Under the pieces are notes generated by a model, which made no database searches, was not told the DNA's origin, and saw only the letters and a program-made list of their open reading frames with translations. Made by a program: the position numbers and the translations under genes. Positions 14,179 to 27,171 of a DNA stretch of 64,000 nt are shown piece by piece; the first letter of the stretch is position 1; the number at the start of each line of letters is the position of its first letter. Source of the DNA: Fimicolochytrium jonesii (Eukaryota). Location of the stretch: contig NW_026515669.1 of assembly GCF_025526975.1 (NCBI RefSeq), forward strand, positions 1,550,001 through 1,614,000, written 5' to 3'.

Positions 14179-15055
14179 GTAGATTACGTAGAGATACCAA
14201 CCGCTTTCAACGCGACATCACCGACTGCCCTTTTCCCCTTCTGTCACTCTTCGGGACAGCACCCACCCGTTTCCTGATTCAAAACGCAACACGCCGGAGG
14301 ACATACCACCTCCCCTACCTCGGCGTCCACCACCATCTTCCACCGTGCCTCCTCAAGGCTGCCCGCTCCCTCAACAATCACGACCTCCCTTCACGTGCGC
14401 ATCACCGCCACTACCGCCACGCCCTCGCCGTCGTTGGTGGAAGCTCTGACCGCTCTCACCGCGGAAACCGGTGTACGTCAGATTCTCTCGGCCTTGTAGG
14501 CATATTGTATATTTTCCTCCGCATTTTGGCTTTGTATTCCATTGTTGCTTTTGCCCTTTTTCAAAATACCTTCGTCAAATAATACACGATCTTTGGCTTA
14601 TGTCGCGCAAATGTTCTTTCTTGCATGATGCTGAGTTGAACCATATCTTTCGTTGTGTTGCGCTCAATGATGCCACGCGCTCTTCTCCCACCTCCTCATG
14701 CATGGAAGTGAGGTACGGTAATATCTCGAGTTTTGACGGGATTTTGACAGCCTTGATCTATACAGTACAGCCGAATGAGACGGCACTTCTTCGAACCTGT
14801 GATCAATTGAGATCCCGTTTTTCTAATTTCCATGAGGAACTATTTGTACAGATTCATAGACAACGCCGGATTGCGACGCTGAAAACGCCCGCTGGGGCAT
14901 CGAATGGGATGATATATACTGTCAACGAGGTCTACCTGTGGACTAAAAAGGGGCTAGTTGTCAAAACCGGGAACTGAGATATGTACAAGACGTTGCGAGG
15001 GGATATGCAAAGCGCGGGGGGGGTGTGGATCACTGAGACCGAGGATCGGTTTCGT

Positions 15056-16115
15056 TTACACTGGAACGGGCTCGGAAGAAGCCCGAAACACGGTCTCCAT
15101 GCGTTTAGCGTATATGTAATCAGCCAATCCACGCTGGAAGGAGAGAAGCGGGATGAGTATAATCGCCGGAGGGAATGTCAGGCCCGCTCTAGAAAACATT
15201 TTATGTCGGGAGCAGAAAACGTACCATGGCAATGATCGTGCCCAGCACCGACAGAAACGTGGGTAACCAGATCCCTTGCGGAACGTCGTCCTGGTCCGGG
15301 TTGGATGGGTCGTAAGGGTCGTAGCCTTTGCTTGCTTCCTCGTCGGCGAGGCGGCCGGAGATCATTGCTGCGTAGCGGAACAGTGTTAATCCGAGGCCGA
15401 CTCGTGCACCTGGAGGATAAATTGGATGTGTCAATGTTTCGAAAGAAGCCTTAGGAAACTTGAAGCGATTCATTGACAGGAAGAACATACCAGCGCGTGC
15501 AGCATGCGACGTAGCCAGCATCGCCGTAACCAAAAACCCCACAAAATCAAACGCCGCCGCAATCAAAAAGTTGACAAAAAACGTGAACCCATCCCCGACA
15601 GGCATCCCCTCAATCAGGAACTCCCCATCCTCGCTGATAGACGTCGCCGCCATCACGACGGTCGTCTCGCCGTACGCGGGCGCGGGTTGGTCCGCTATTG
15701 TTTCCGTGTACGTTGGGGGCTCGAGTTGTTCGAATTCTTTGACGACCCGCGGGATGTTGTCGGTGGTGTCGGTGGTGGGTTTGGCGAAGAGATTGCTGAA
15801 GACACCGTCGTTGACTGCGGGGGAGAATGGGCTTCGACTTCTGCTGCTGCTTCCGGTGGACGAGGGATGGACACCACCGTGTTCGAACGCCGCGAGCTCG
15901 GCGGCAGGAGCCACATGGTGGGGCTGCTCATTGGCTTCTTCGTCCTCCCTCCCCTCGTGTGCTTCTACGTCTTCGTCATGAGGTGCAGCGAACAACACTT
16001 CTGTCTCCTCGAATTCTGGGGGTGGGATGCCAGAAATGTCTTCCTCCTCGAATTCTTCCTCGCCCGGGATAGTCGCCCGCTCGTGATGGAATGGCAGTGC
16101 CTGATATCTGGACAT
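15056..16115 (-). CDS. BSD2: Bsd2/NDFIP-like Rsp5 adaptor membrane protein, 3 exons
   Basis: NDGVFSNLFAKP, PPTY (PY motif), IEGMPVG, FVGFLVTAMLATSHAARAG/ARVGLGLTL; last exon RGLADYIYAKRME. Confidence 0.85.
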
Positions 16116-16586
16116 TATGGTAACTGTTGTTGCGTAGCAGGTCGTTGCCTTGTATGCAATCAATGTTGCGTGAAGCGCTCCCTTCCCGAAGGACCTTCGC
16201 TGTTAGTGTATTCTTGTAGACCTCCACAATGCCAAGCCTTGCAAGTTGAAATTGACTTCCGGCGGACGTGATGAAATGGAACCGGTTCCGTGACTCACCG
16301 CGGATCTTGAAACACGCCGCACCCGCCGGGAACCGGGCAGTAGTAACCGTGACTTCCCCGTCCGGTTTAGGCGTGCAGCAAACAGCACAAGTCCAGACGA
16401 GTAAGAAGTATGATGTAAAAGTAAGGATATATACGTATATACAGGTGAAATGCCTATGTAAAACTTGGAGCCCCGATCCTCCGAAACACAAGCACCAGCC
16501 GAAAAAGAGGCATGCCCTCGGGGCGCTAAATCTCGTAGCCTAAACGCTTTAAACAATCGATCGGTCAATTATCACACGATGCCGAC

Positions 16587-17678
16587 TCATGAGGCTATAG
16601 GTGACCGCTTCCGTCTGTTGACTTGCGATGATGGTGGGGACTGCTGTAACCCCAGCACCACCGCCGCCTTGTCGTGCGCGATTCCAACCCGCAAGGATTT
16701 CTCTGTCACGATATGCGTCTCTACTCCCAACACTTTCGCCGCCTTGGATTCGAGCGCTGGCGCACTTGGCGCAGCGGTTTTCGCAAACTCCGCCGGTGAA
16801 ACCATGGGAACTCCCGTCGGCTGGCCGTTCTTCATCTTCCGGAATGCCATTCGCAACAACAGCCCGAACCAGTAGACCTGCAATCCGCAATGCGCGTACG
16901 CAAGGACCGGGAGCAGGTAGTACATTCCGGTTGGCAATCCATTTTGGATCAGGTACGCGTAGTACGTGGGAAGGTGCATCTGCACATGTCTCAGGATGAA
17001 CAGGTTTCCGACGATCCTCGAGATGAAGAAACCAATCACGAAAATGGCTTCATTGGCTCCGTACGCCCAGTGTTTCTTCAGGTTGTGCTCACCCATCAAG
17101 AAGCGAGCGTTCAAGAAGGGCGTGGTGATTTCGTTGTTTAGGAAGAGGCACATGTACACGGTGCCGTAGTGATATTGTACGCCGATTGTGTACGCTAATA
17201 TGATGGTGAGGTGGTGGAACAACATCGACCCGATGGGAGCGGAAGAAACCTCATGCGAGGATGGCTGCAACCACTTGTAATAGCACAGACGCATCAGATC
17301 GAAAGACAAGTATCCAAGCGTAATAGCAAGGTAAAAGTCATTCCTGAAGCTGTTGAGAAACGCGTAGTCGGTCGGTACTTTGAGGAGGTGCTTATCGTTC
17401 TGGTACCAGGAAAGGCAGCCGAAAGCCGCCATACAGGCGTGCAGTGTCGAAGTGGCTCGATTCGCCCATTCTTCTATGTTTGATACCGGAGCATTGGGAG
17501 CCAGCAGACCGAGCGAAAATCGGTTGGCTGGTGTAAAGAGGTGGTGGGCGGTCTGATAGCACGCAAAGAAGAACAGGACCCAGGATGCCACGAGTTGTGG
17601 GAAGGCATAAGCTGGGTTTGCGAGGAGCGCTAACCGGTAGTTGTTCTCCGTGAGAATGATGTTGTCGAGGAAGGACAT
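16587..17678 (-). CDS. TLC (TRAM/LAG1/CLN8) domain membrane protein
   Basis: Multi-TM ORF with GYLSFDL, MLFHH, EITTPFLNAR, FFISRI and LQVYWF motifs. Confidence 0.88.
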   Translation of the reverse strand: MSFLDNIILTENNYRLALLANPAYAFPQLVASWVLFFFACYQTAHHLFTPANRFSLGLLAPNAPVSNIEEWANRATSTLHACMAAFGCLSWYQNDKHLLKVPTDYAFLNSFRNDFYLAITLGYLSFDLMRLCYYKWLQPSSHEVSSAPIGSMLFHHLTIILAYTIGVQYHYGTVYMCLFLNNEITTPFLNARFLMGEHNLKKHWAYGANEAIFVIGFFISRIVGNLFILRHVQMHLPTYYAYLIQNGLPTGMYYLLPVLAYAHCGLQVYWFGLLLRMAFRKMKNGQPTGVPMVSPAEFAKTAAPSAPALESKAAKVLGVETHIVTEKSLRVGIAHDKAAVVLGLQQSPPSSQVNRRKRSPIAS

Positions 17679-18717
17679 TCTTTCCTGATCGACTTTGGGA
17701 ACTTCCGCCTCGATTTCGAACCGGTCGTGACGAAAAAAGAACTACGCCCGCTGCTCAGGGCAAATACAAAATCGCCAGGGTATGCTATAACTGTCTACGC
17801 TCCCTGAACCTTCCTCTGTGTGTATACCCTCAGTGTATATACGATTTTTGGGCCGTTGCGTGCTGGGGGGGGGAAAGGTGGTAAATATGAAGGGAAGGAA
17901 GGAAAGCCAACCAGCGTTTCGGCGCCGCGTCCTATGTAACAATTTCAGCCTCAAATATAGCTCCTCGGCCGTTCAAGCACAGACAGCACCGCCGCAATGG
18001 TACACGCTGGTCATACGGATCTACCTTCTACCACTGGGCTGGTGAGTTATACATCCTATCTCTGGCCCCCGGGCGATCGTATGTTATCCCTGTTCGGGTC
18101 CGGACGCCCGCCTCCGCATTTATCCGTAGTACATACACGGCAGGGACGGCACGGCGCCTTGGCACGTTGCACCCTACCGATCTCATCGATTGGCCCTCAC
18201 CAGAAAACCATAAGGAAAATCCCTCTCGATCGGCCAGGATCCGCGTAAAGGATCGTCTCACTGTCGAAGCCCGGCATCGCTGTCGAAGGCAGGAAAACCG
18301 GCGCCAAAAGCTGCTGATTCAATTCGTACCGTTCGTAACTGGGGAGCGTACAGTACTTATAAACTGCTCATCGTCGATCAGCAGTGAAGAACGGCATTCT
18401 CCGTATCTCGGTGCTCAGTTAGCCGGCAATCCGCCCAACTATATAAGAAGGCGGAGAAGAGCGCCGTCGAGACCCGAGGGTTCTGCGGTACTCACGCTCT
18501 ATACGGACAACATGCTGATATTTCAACTTTTTTTTTGAAATACGGGGACGTACAATCATGTTATTATGCAATTTGCAACTATTACATGTACAGGTCCGGC
18601 CTGAAAAGTAAACAATGGGTATCTATGTCGATGCACCGACGACATTGCGTTCGTAGCTATCTACTCAACCCAATCCTCCGCCACCCTCTCCTCAACAGCA
18701 TTGCTTGAGGCAAACGC

Positions 18718-19551
18718 TTAGGCGCTGTTGGCGGCGATGGTGCTCTTGATCCAGGGGACGAAGCTGGACACACGAGTGTAAACACCAGGGACACCGGGCT
18801 CGGCGCAACCGTCACCCCACGAGGTGATACCGTGGACATAGAACTTGCCACCGGATGTCGTGTACAAAGGACCTCCGGAGTCACCCTGGCAAGTGTCGAC
18901 ACCACCATTCTTGGCACCGGCACAGATGTTCGAGTCGACGATGTGGCCGGCGCTTCCGTGACCATCGTAGTAGGACTTGCAGGCAGCGTTCGAGACGATG
19001 GGGACGCTGGCCTTCAAAAGCACGCGGGAGTCGGAGCCGCCCTCAGAGGTGTCACCCCAGCCGGCAATCTGAACGGTTCCGCTCTGGGGAACGACGGGAG
19101 CGTCGTAGATGCCGACGGTAAAGTCGGTGGGGCCGTAAGCCTTGTCGAGCTTCAGGAAGTACAACGCGATGTCGTTGTGGTTGAGGTTGTCATCGTACTG
19201 CGGGTGGATGACGATCTTCTTGATCGAGTAAACCAGACCCTTCTCGCTGGAGTCCGACTTGGTCTTGTCGTGACGGTGGACATGGACCTTCGAGTTGGTG
19301 TAGGAGCCACAGTGGGCGGCGGTGAGGAAGACGTTGGGGGCGATGATGCTGCCTCCGCAGTACTGTCCGGGAGAGCCCCAGAGCGGGTTGGTCACGTAGG
19401 CGATGAACGGAATGGTGTAGGGAGTGACCTGGGTTCCACCGACAATGGGGGCTCCGCCTCGGCCGATGAGGGGAGGGCTGGGGGTGGCGGCGGCGTACAC
19501 GGCCGGGGCAGCAGCCAAGGCGCTGAGGAGGAGGCTGGTCAAGGGAGCCAT
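18718..19551 (-). CDS. Secreted trypsin-like serine protease (S1A), intronless
   Basis: Signal peptide, IVGG activation site, catalytic triad TAAHC / DIAL / DTCQGDSGGP with Asp at S1. TATAAAA lies about 90 bp upstream. Confidence 0.95.
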   Translation of the reverse strand: MAPLTSLLLSALAAAPAVYAAATPSPPLIGRGGAPIVGGTQVTPYTIPFIAYVTNPLWGSPGQYCGGSIIAPNVFLTAAHCGSYTNSKVHVHRHDKTKSDSSEKGLVYSIKKIVIHPQYDDNLNHNDIALYFLKLDKAYGPTDFTVGIYDAPVVPQSGTVQIAGWGDTSEGGSDSRVLLKASVPIVSNAACKSYYDGHGSAGHIVDSNICAGAKNGGVDTCQGDSGGPLYTTSGGKFYVHGITSWGDGCAEPGVPGVYTRVSSFVPWIKSTIAANSA

Positions 19552-22500
19552 TGTGTTTGTTCGGTGGGTGGGGCTGGCGATGAAGGAAGGATGAGAGGAT
19601 GAGGAATCAAGAGGGACCCAGGTCGACCTGCCCGGCTTTTATATCCGACGGACCATCGATGTCGCTAGAAACCTTCAGCCTACGCTGATGCCAGCAGTGT
19701 AGTAGACGGCATATTCTCGAAAAGCCTGCTGATGCTACGTTCGTTGCCCACCAAGTATTTGATCAAGGATCGGAGTTTTCACGGCCTGATTGCTCGTGTA
19801 ACTCCCCACTCAAAAAGTGTATGCTGGATATCGACGCCGCCCCCAATATCGACTGGATCAAAAAGTCTGGCGGGCATGCTGCCCAGGGCTACTGTCATCG
19901 TGACATTCCGAGGCTCTAATGCAAAAAGATGACCAACACGTTGCTCCCTGAATTCGGATCAGAGGCTCACCTGTACTTTCCGTTGGTACTAGCTCCCCGA
20001 ATGGCCGATGTCGGTGTCTATACCCAATCGCAGGGGCCCTGCCCCTAGTTCAATGCCGCCAGGCTATGATGCACACATGCTAGCCATTGGCGACCATCAA
20101 TACTGAAGAGCGTACTTTTAGTACCCTTACCGCGGAGAGCGCCGATCTCTGGAGAGAGCGATAGAGGATATCTTCCCCTGGCTGCAAGCGGCGATATCAA
20201 GCGATCATGATCACCCCCGTTGAGCAAGATGGTCCAAACGCAAGCACGGGTGACGTTGCTGCCTTTACGACGTCGTGTTGGATTGGTAATTTAGGCAACC
20301 TCCAAGGCTCCAAGCACTCCGCGGCGTCCCGAACGTTCTAGGACTGTACCGGACGGAGCCTTGAGGTTGCCAATCCGCAAGTGTGAACGTTAAGGAGAGT
20401 CTTGTCCGCGCAGTATCGGAAGACGCGTTTGACAGTCGGACAAAATGCTACCTGTCCGACTGTCCAAGCGATCAAACGATCAAGATTCAAGATCCCTTGT
20501 TGTTCACAAATCACGGCGTCCATGCTGCCCATGACTGGTATTGCCTTGCTATATATATAGTACATATGAAAGGAACACTCTCACGATGGAGGCATCCAAC
20601 ATGTGTACAGTAGGATGTAGGCGGCGGGCGCATACTGTACAGTATGCGAGTACAGTATGTACATATCCGTTGAGGCTCTCATTGTTGCAGCGGCCGGGTG
20701 TTCAATTCAGTCGTGAACGAGAAGCCGAAGAAGCCGATGCAGCGGAATCAGAGGTGATAGAGAAGTAGTGTGAACATGGTGAAGATGCGCGTGGACCATG
20801 AAGTGTGGGCGCATTCGCCCGACGTGCCCGACTCGGGGCCGACTGGACGCAGTCCCAAATCTCGGATCTACGTAAGGGCAATGATGAGAGGTGAGTTCGC
20901 GGACTTTTGTGACGGAGCTTGCGAAGGAATCGACGGGAATGAACATGTGAACCAGAATGTGAACTTGAAACTTGCAAGCCCAACTCACCGCGTCTGCAGC
21001 CAACAGCGTTGGCGTAAACCTCTTGTGCTTCTTCTTTCGCTGCTCACAGTACAGTATATCCCGCCTGCACTGGAGTCTGGCGAGCCTGCCTTCGGATGGT
21101 TGAAATTCATGAGCGGTCTCCAATGCTGAGTTTTCCGAATCGCGTAACCGAACATTTCCGTTCCCAGTCTTACTTCCCACAAGGTCACGAAGCGCTCCCG
21201 GAATGCACTGCGGACGTGACGGCATAGCGAAAATATAAAGGAGGCTCCTTCAAGATATCCCTGGTTGGAACGGATGGAATGCGACCGTGCGCCTCAAGTC
21301 ACGCCGCCTGGGTCAAGGCAAAGCGAGGAATACCGTCTGTTGTTAACGACTTTCCCCATCACCGAATTATACCTCCGCAGCGAGCAGGGTAAGCCGCATC
21401 GCCTGGATGCGTAATGTACAGTACGCGGGATTCACTGAAGAAGACCGCTACCGGACAGTGTTCGGATCCATTCTCGAAGGCAATCCATCACATTCCGGGG
21501 GAAGATGGCAAATGGAACGGGACGGATGCGCCACGGTCCTGGATGAAGTTCGGCGCTGAGACGTTCACCTTCTCGCCTTCTGGACTCCCGTTTGCTACTT
21601 TGGGAGCGAAACATGCGATGGAGAGCCGCACAATAATATTCTTTGATTTGTGGAAATCCCGCACAATTACCATATGACAGGAATCGCTCGCAAAGCCTGC
21701 CCTAAGAGCGGAAACTGTTTCTTAAAACCATGGGACAAACTCCCTATCAAATGTGGATGCTCCAGGGCCCGAAATTGCTGGATTCCGAAGATGAGCTGCC
21801 TACGCTTACCGTGTTCGTGAAATATGGATGAGGTCAAGAAACGGGAGCCGATGTCTTCCTCCTCCTATATATCATCCTCTCACGGAAGCAGGCACAGTAA
21901 CTCCAGGCAGCACTGGACGTACAGATGATTGCAGGGCATAATCCGGGTTAGATTGAGCCGGGTTCAGAGAGAGGCAGAATTTTGGCCCCATCTGCACAAG
22001 ACAATTCCCATCTGCTTCGATATGTCCTAGCCGTGCGAGCTTTGTTGCCTCGTGCTCACATGAGAGGTTTGGTTTAAAAATTCAGGAATGGTTGCACGAC
22101 TCATTAGAGAGGAGAGTCAGCGCTATGAGGTTTTCTCGGTAAGCGGGTTACAGCAATAGACTCATGGAGCCAACAGCCAACGTCCGAAAAAGGTTCGGAC
22201 GACTGCCGCCCAAAGGTCAAAAAACACGTCCACACCTGACCCCACAAGCGCGTTGGTGTAAAAATGTGCGAATTTGCTGCAGCTCCTCGTGACGAGGGAG
22301 GAGCCGCACAAATGTGATGGATGACGCGCACACGTCTTGCGCCCCAAGGGAAAGATCTCAGCGCGCTATGAACGCGAACAGATGGTGACGAAATGCGGCC
22401 GGCTGCCACGGCGCCGGGCACAAAAATGGCCATTGTTGTTGCACGGCAATGTTTCAAGACTTCTTTCCGGAGAAAAAAGCGGAACCAAACGCAAGTTACG

Positions 22501-23193
22501 GTTTGGTTGGCCAGTGCAGCTATTCATGGTCCCGGATGGCTGGTACGAGGGTGGCTGGTGTGTAGCAATGCACAAGCTGAGCTCGGGTCCGGAAGAGAAA
22601 TCCTCTCAGCCTCGTCGTCCATGGCGGTTGAAGGAGGTCACACGGTGTCGGAACGCCTGGCTCGGTCCAACTGAAAGCTCCCTCGGGCAAAAACATAATC
22701 GAAACACGCGAAAGCCCACGCAAGCCAGAAGCGCAAAAGTGAGAACATGGATATCCGCACACCTGCAAAGCCTGCAGGGCAAGGTTAGCCCTCGGGATTC
22801 CTTTCACACCCCACACATTTTCGACATGTGCGCCAAGAGGCCTCAAAAAGTTCAACCCCTGCTGACCCGCCGCTTCGTGTTTTGATGCACTCTTCCTCGC
22901 TTCTTGCTTCGCAACCCGCGCGCTACATCCACGATTCCGTACGGACAACTTCGAAGGCAGGCGTTCTCAGAAGCGGCTTGCTTCAGTTTTTGGTGATCAA
23001 CGTTTTGGCCCGGGCGCACTGTAAAAGCATTCGCTCGAAAAGTATAAATCAGCAAGGCCGGCCCCACGTCCTCTCATCCGCACCTCGTCCAACAAGTTTC
23101 AACGACGTCAACGCGAGAAGCAGGCTTCTCGTGCACCCATCATCCACTAGTCCACATCACCATTCACATTCCCAAGTGATATAGCCCGTTGCC

Positions 23194-24129
23194 ATGTCCT
23201 TGGAGTCGCAAATCAGTAAAGACACCGTCGTCGATGTCGCCGAGCACGATGTCATCAACCACGTCAAGCTGTCACCGCTCGTTCGTTTGCGTCGCCAGAT
23301 GAGGTGAGATAGTTTTCATCGCCGTGTTTCATCCAGAGGAACAGTCGAACTGAATGAATGCGACTTTTCATCACCCAGGGAAGAGCTTGCCGAATTTTTC
23401 GGTACCTTCATCTTGATCATCTTCGGAAACGGCGTCTGCGCACAGACATCTCTCCACAAAAACACGGGAGAGTACTTATCCATCAACTTCGGATGGGCGA
23501 TCGGTGTGTTGATGGGCATCTACGTCAGTGCGGGGATATCAGGTGCACACCTGAATCCCGCCGTTACGATCGCCAATGCCGTCCATAGCAACTTCCCCTG
23601 GCGGAAAGTCCCCCGCTACTGTGCGGCCCAGGTGTTGGGCGCTTTTATGGGCGCCGCGATCGTATTCGCTAATTATCACTCTGCACTCGACGCCTTCGAC
23701 GGAGGTGTTCGCCAGACGACTGGCGACTTAAAGACCGCCGGCATCTTCGCCACCTACCCCCAGGCCTACCTGACCACCGTCGGCGCCTTCTTCTCGGAAT
23801 TCATCACCACAGCTGTCCTCATGATCGGGCTCTTTGCCATCGGCGAGAGCAGGCACGCTGACCGCCCCAAGTCCCACTCCGCCATCGCCGTCGCACTGCT
23901 GATTCTCGGTCTCGGTATCTGCTTGGGCGCTCCCACCGGCTACGCCATCAACCCTGCCCGCGATTTTGGCCCCCGTCTCCTCACCCTCGTCGCCGGCTGG
24001 GGCACGGACCCCTTTACGGTTAGCAACTACTACTTTTGGATCCCAATCGTTGGCCCCATCACCGGCGGTATCTTCGGAGGCTTCGTATACCAGGCTTTTA
24101 CCGAGTATGACAATGCCCCCATATTGTAG
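23194..24129 (+). CDS. Aquaglyceroporin (MIP family), 2 exons
   Basis: ISGAHLNPAVT and GYAINPARDFGPR; Asp after the second NPA-R marks the glycerol-facilitator type. Intron at about 23304-23378; TATAAA at 23043. Confidence 0.93.
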
Positions 24130-24776
24130 TTTTTTGGTCGTTCCTGTTTCGTTTAAGATGGACAAAGTGTACATAACTCTCATACCAAATTTGTAATACA
24201 TAATCTCTCGTCAAGTTCAGATAGCATCGGTACGCCGTTTGCTTGTTAGTCCGCTGAGTCATAGCTGCGTCGTTGGAGAGTGTATGTGTAGGCGATATTT
24301 GAGCGTGGGAACGGGAGAATGGGGGAGGTCCAGAAAGGTAGGAAGGTTCTAAGCTCAACCCGTCAGAAGGACAAGTGAATATGCGGGAGACCAGGACTGC
24401 CCTGACACTATGGAATCGTAACTGATCTTGCCTTCCCCTTCAAGTCAGAAACTCTTCCACGCTGAATGAAGCTCGTCGCGTTCTTCCCACACGTTTCGGA
24501 CATGTCTGACGAGGGCGTGCAGGAGGGAGATGCATCATGAAGGCACACTGAAATCAGCACGAAGGTAACGGATGTTTAAAACCCTTCAGGACAGCCAAAC
24601 GCTAGGATTTGCACTCATAATATGTACGCAGTATATATTAGGTAGGGAGGTAGCTCACAAAACCGTTCACAAAAAAAGCGACGGTCAGATGTCAAACGCG
24701 CCTTTCCCGCTTCCAAAAAAACATCTTGCACCCAAATACTCTTTCTACAAAAGACACCTCAGCGTGATGTGAAGTT

Positions 24777-27171
24777 TTACTTGGCGTGGTGATAGATAAC
24801 GCCCGCCTCGTCATCCAGCTCTTCGTTCTCTGCGAGCACGGCCATCAGGACGTTGAGGATGCTGCCTGCTGGATACCATCTGGGTGCCAGCAGTTGCAAT
24901 ACTTTGAAGTGCGCCTCCAAATGTGGGCGGAAATCGCTGCCGAAGTGTGGTGGAGGTTTTATCCTCATTGCGATGACCAGCACAAGAGCCGAGTAGAAGC
25001 TGAAGAGCGCGAGCCACGGACCTTGCGTGAGACCCTCTGGGTCAAGATCGGCAATTTTGCAGAGCAGGGCGGCGTTGCAGATGGCGTGGTGGACGCAGAT
25101 GTTGTATGCTCCAGAAGCGTATCCCTTTGTACCGAGTTGCTCTGATGGTGAGAGGGAAGCGAAGCCAGTATCGAGAATGGTCGGCAGGTGGAGAGAGATG
25201 TGCGCTGCGTGGTAGTACACATGCATCGTTACGAGCTGCCATGATGGCGGGCTCTGACTCGCTGGTGACGCCGCAAACTGGTTGATTCGATCGATGTTTT
25301 GAACCCAGTCGGGTAATGATGAGAACCACGCAGTCAATGCGTTCTCGAGCTCCGAGATGGACTCCATGCGTGCTCGATTGATTGCTGCCGTTGGATGTAC
25401 GTCTTGAGAGGCGATCTTAGCCGCGCGCTCCGCCATCGACCATGCGGAGCCTCTCAGCGCCTTGATGCGCGCGTATAACTTGGTCAGTGTCACCATGTTT
25501 TCCGCGCTATCGAAGTCTTCACCAGGTACGAAGGCACTCAACCGAGGAAGGCCGTCGAGGGTAGCAACCGACTGGAAAAGGGCTTCTGGAGCCGGCGCTC
25601 GGGGGGTAGGTCTCCAGCCTTGAAGGCATGGAGTCCGTTCAGTCAACGGGTGATCTCGCCCATCTATAGACGGCGCCTCAGCAGGAGTGGGTATGGCGCT
25701 GATGATATCCAGCTGATGGAGACATGCAAGTTAGCATAAGGTTCGGCCAAGAGTTAATGCCATCGATGAAGTTACTTACCGACACGAGCAGCCACCACAC
25801 CCTTCTCCGGGTCTCTTTCAATAGCCACGGTAGCACACCGTGCACTTCTTCGACATCAGGATCTATATTCAGGTTGATATGCCGCGCAATTGACAAAGCC
25901 TGCGCAAGGTAAGCGTCTTTCGAGGATCCTCCTGTGAACCGAATGTCAGCAATGAGGCTTCACACAAAAGAGCTGAATGCATTTGCAGCAGGACAACAAA
26001 CCTCTTCCACTTTGGGAAACCGCGCAAGCTAGCCACACCGTGCCAACAACCAAGTCAAGCGATGGCTCGTTGATGATGGTGTCAAGAATCTCTTGTCCCC
26101 GTTTTGCGTATGCATTGCCAGCAGCATACGTTGGCAGTCCATTCTCAGCCATGAACCGCTTGATAGCTGGATGATCTGAGAATGGTGCAGCCATAGCACA
26201 CATTCCCATGACGAGAAACTCTGAGTGGCTCGGTCGCTCCAGGCACAGTTTCGCCGTGATTGTGCTGTCGTGGTAAGGGGAAGCCCATATGCTGTTTTGT
26301 ATGAAATGGGGGAATCACATTAGTCAGATCATGGCAGCGTCCATCACGATGTAGGGCGCAACTTACAGTGGATTTATGATGCGAAGGAACAGACGCACCA
26401 ACTCCATTTGCAGGTCTGGCGCAAACAGATCGTCGTGTGCAAGGAAAGGACGAGCCACAGAACGCGATGGTGATACCAGCTCTGTCACCGTCCGGACATA
26501 ACTTGCAGATAGTGGTGGTAGGTCTTGCTCCGCACGACTGTAACTGGGTCGATGGCTTCTTCGCATGTCCTGATTCTGGTGTTCACGAAGCGGAGTTGCC
26601 GGAGAATCATCTGGTTGCCCTTTGTTCTGCAACCAGCCTTCGACTTCTCTGACTCTGGCTTCCAGCATTCGAACGTATCCTGCCAGCATGGCGGTGATCA
26701 ATTAGTCCAAAGGATCGAGCCTCCAGCTTTCTCGGATGTTGTAGAGCCTCACCTGTCGTGTCGTAACGCCTCCCGCGTCTACTTGAACTGTTTGTGCGCT
26801 CCGATCCGCCGTACGTGCAGGTGTCTCCAATGTCGTGTTTGACGCAAGCAGAACATGCCGGCTTGCCCGAGTCGCACTTGATCTTCAATCGGTAGCCTGC
26901 GAGAAGATGGAAACCATTATCAGCACCTGTTTTATATCTAAGCGGCGGCACTAAGCGCAAATACGGTAGTCCTTCACTTACATCGATCGCAGGCCCAAAC
27001 CTTATTGGCGCCAATAGCATGTCTGAGGCGTTGTGCGGTGCGATATTGACGAGAAGCTGCTGTGCTGGCTGCCCCAGCTTTCGGCCTAGAGTCCGACACG
27101 CTGTCTTCTGGTCCTGAGAGTTCGTCGCTATAAGCGCGGTGAAACGAAGTGTTTCCCACGCTGTCCGGCAT
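24777..27171 (-). CDS. Zn(II)2Cys6 fungal transcription factor, multi-exon
   Basis: Spliced ACDRC..LKIKCDSGKPACSACVKHDIGDTCTY, dimerisation helix YVRMLEARVREVE and middle homology region ETRRRVWW. Confidence 0.88.

Noticed and set aside
18832..19602. Long antisense ORFs over trypsin and other GC-rich genes
   Set aside because: These are shadows of codon bias on the opposite strand and carry no motifs of their own.
19700..23000. Short ORFs (e.g. 20770-21129, 22337-22885) as genes
   Set aside because: No recognisable motifs or consistent splice structure; treated as intergenic, although a small gene cannot be excluded.
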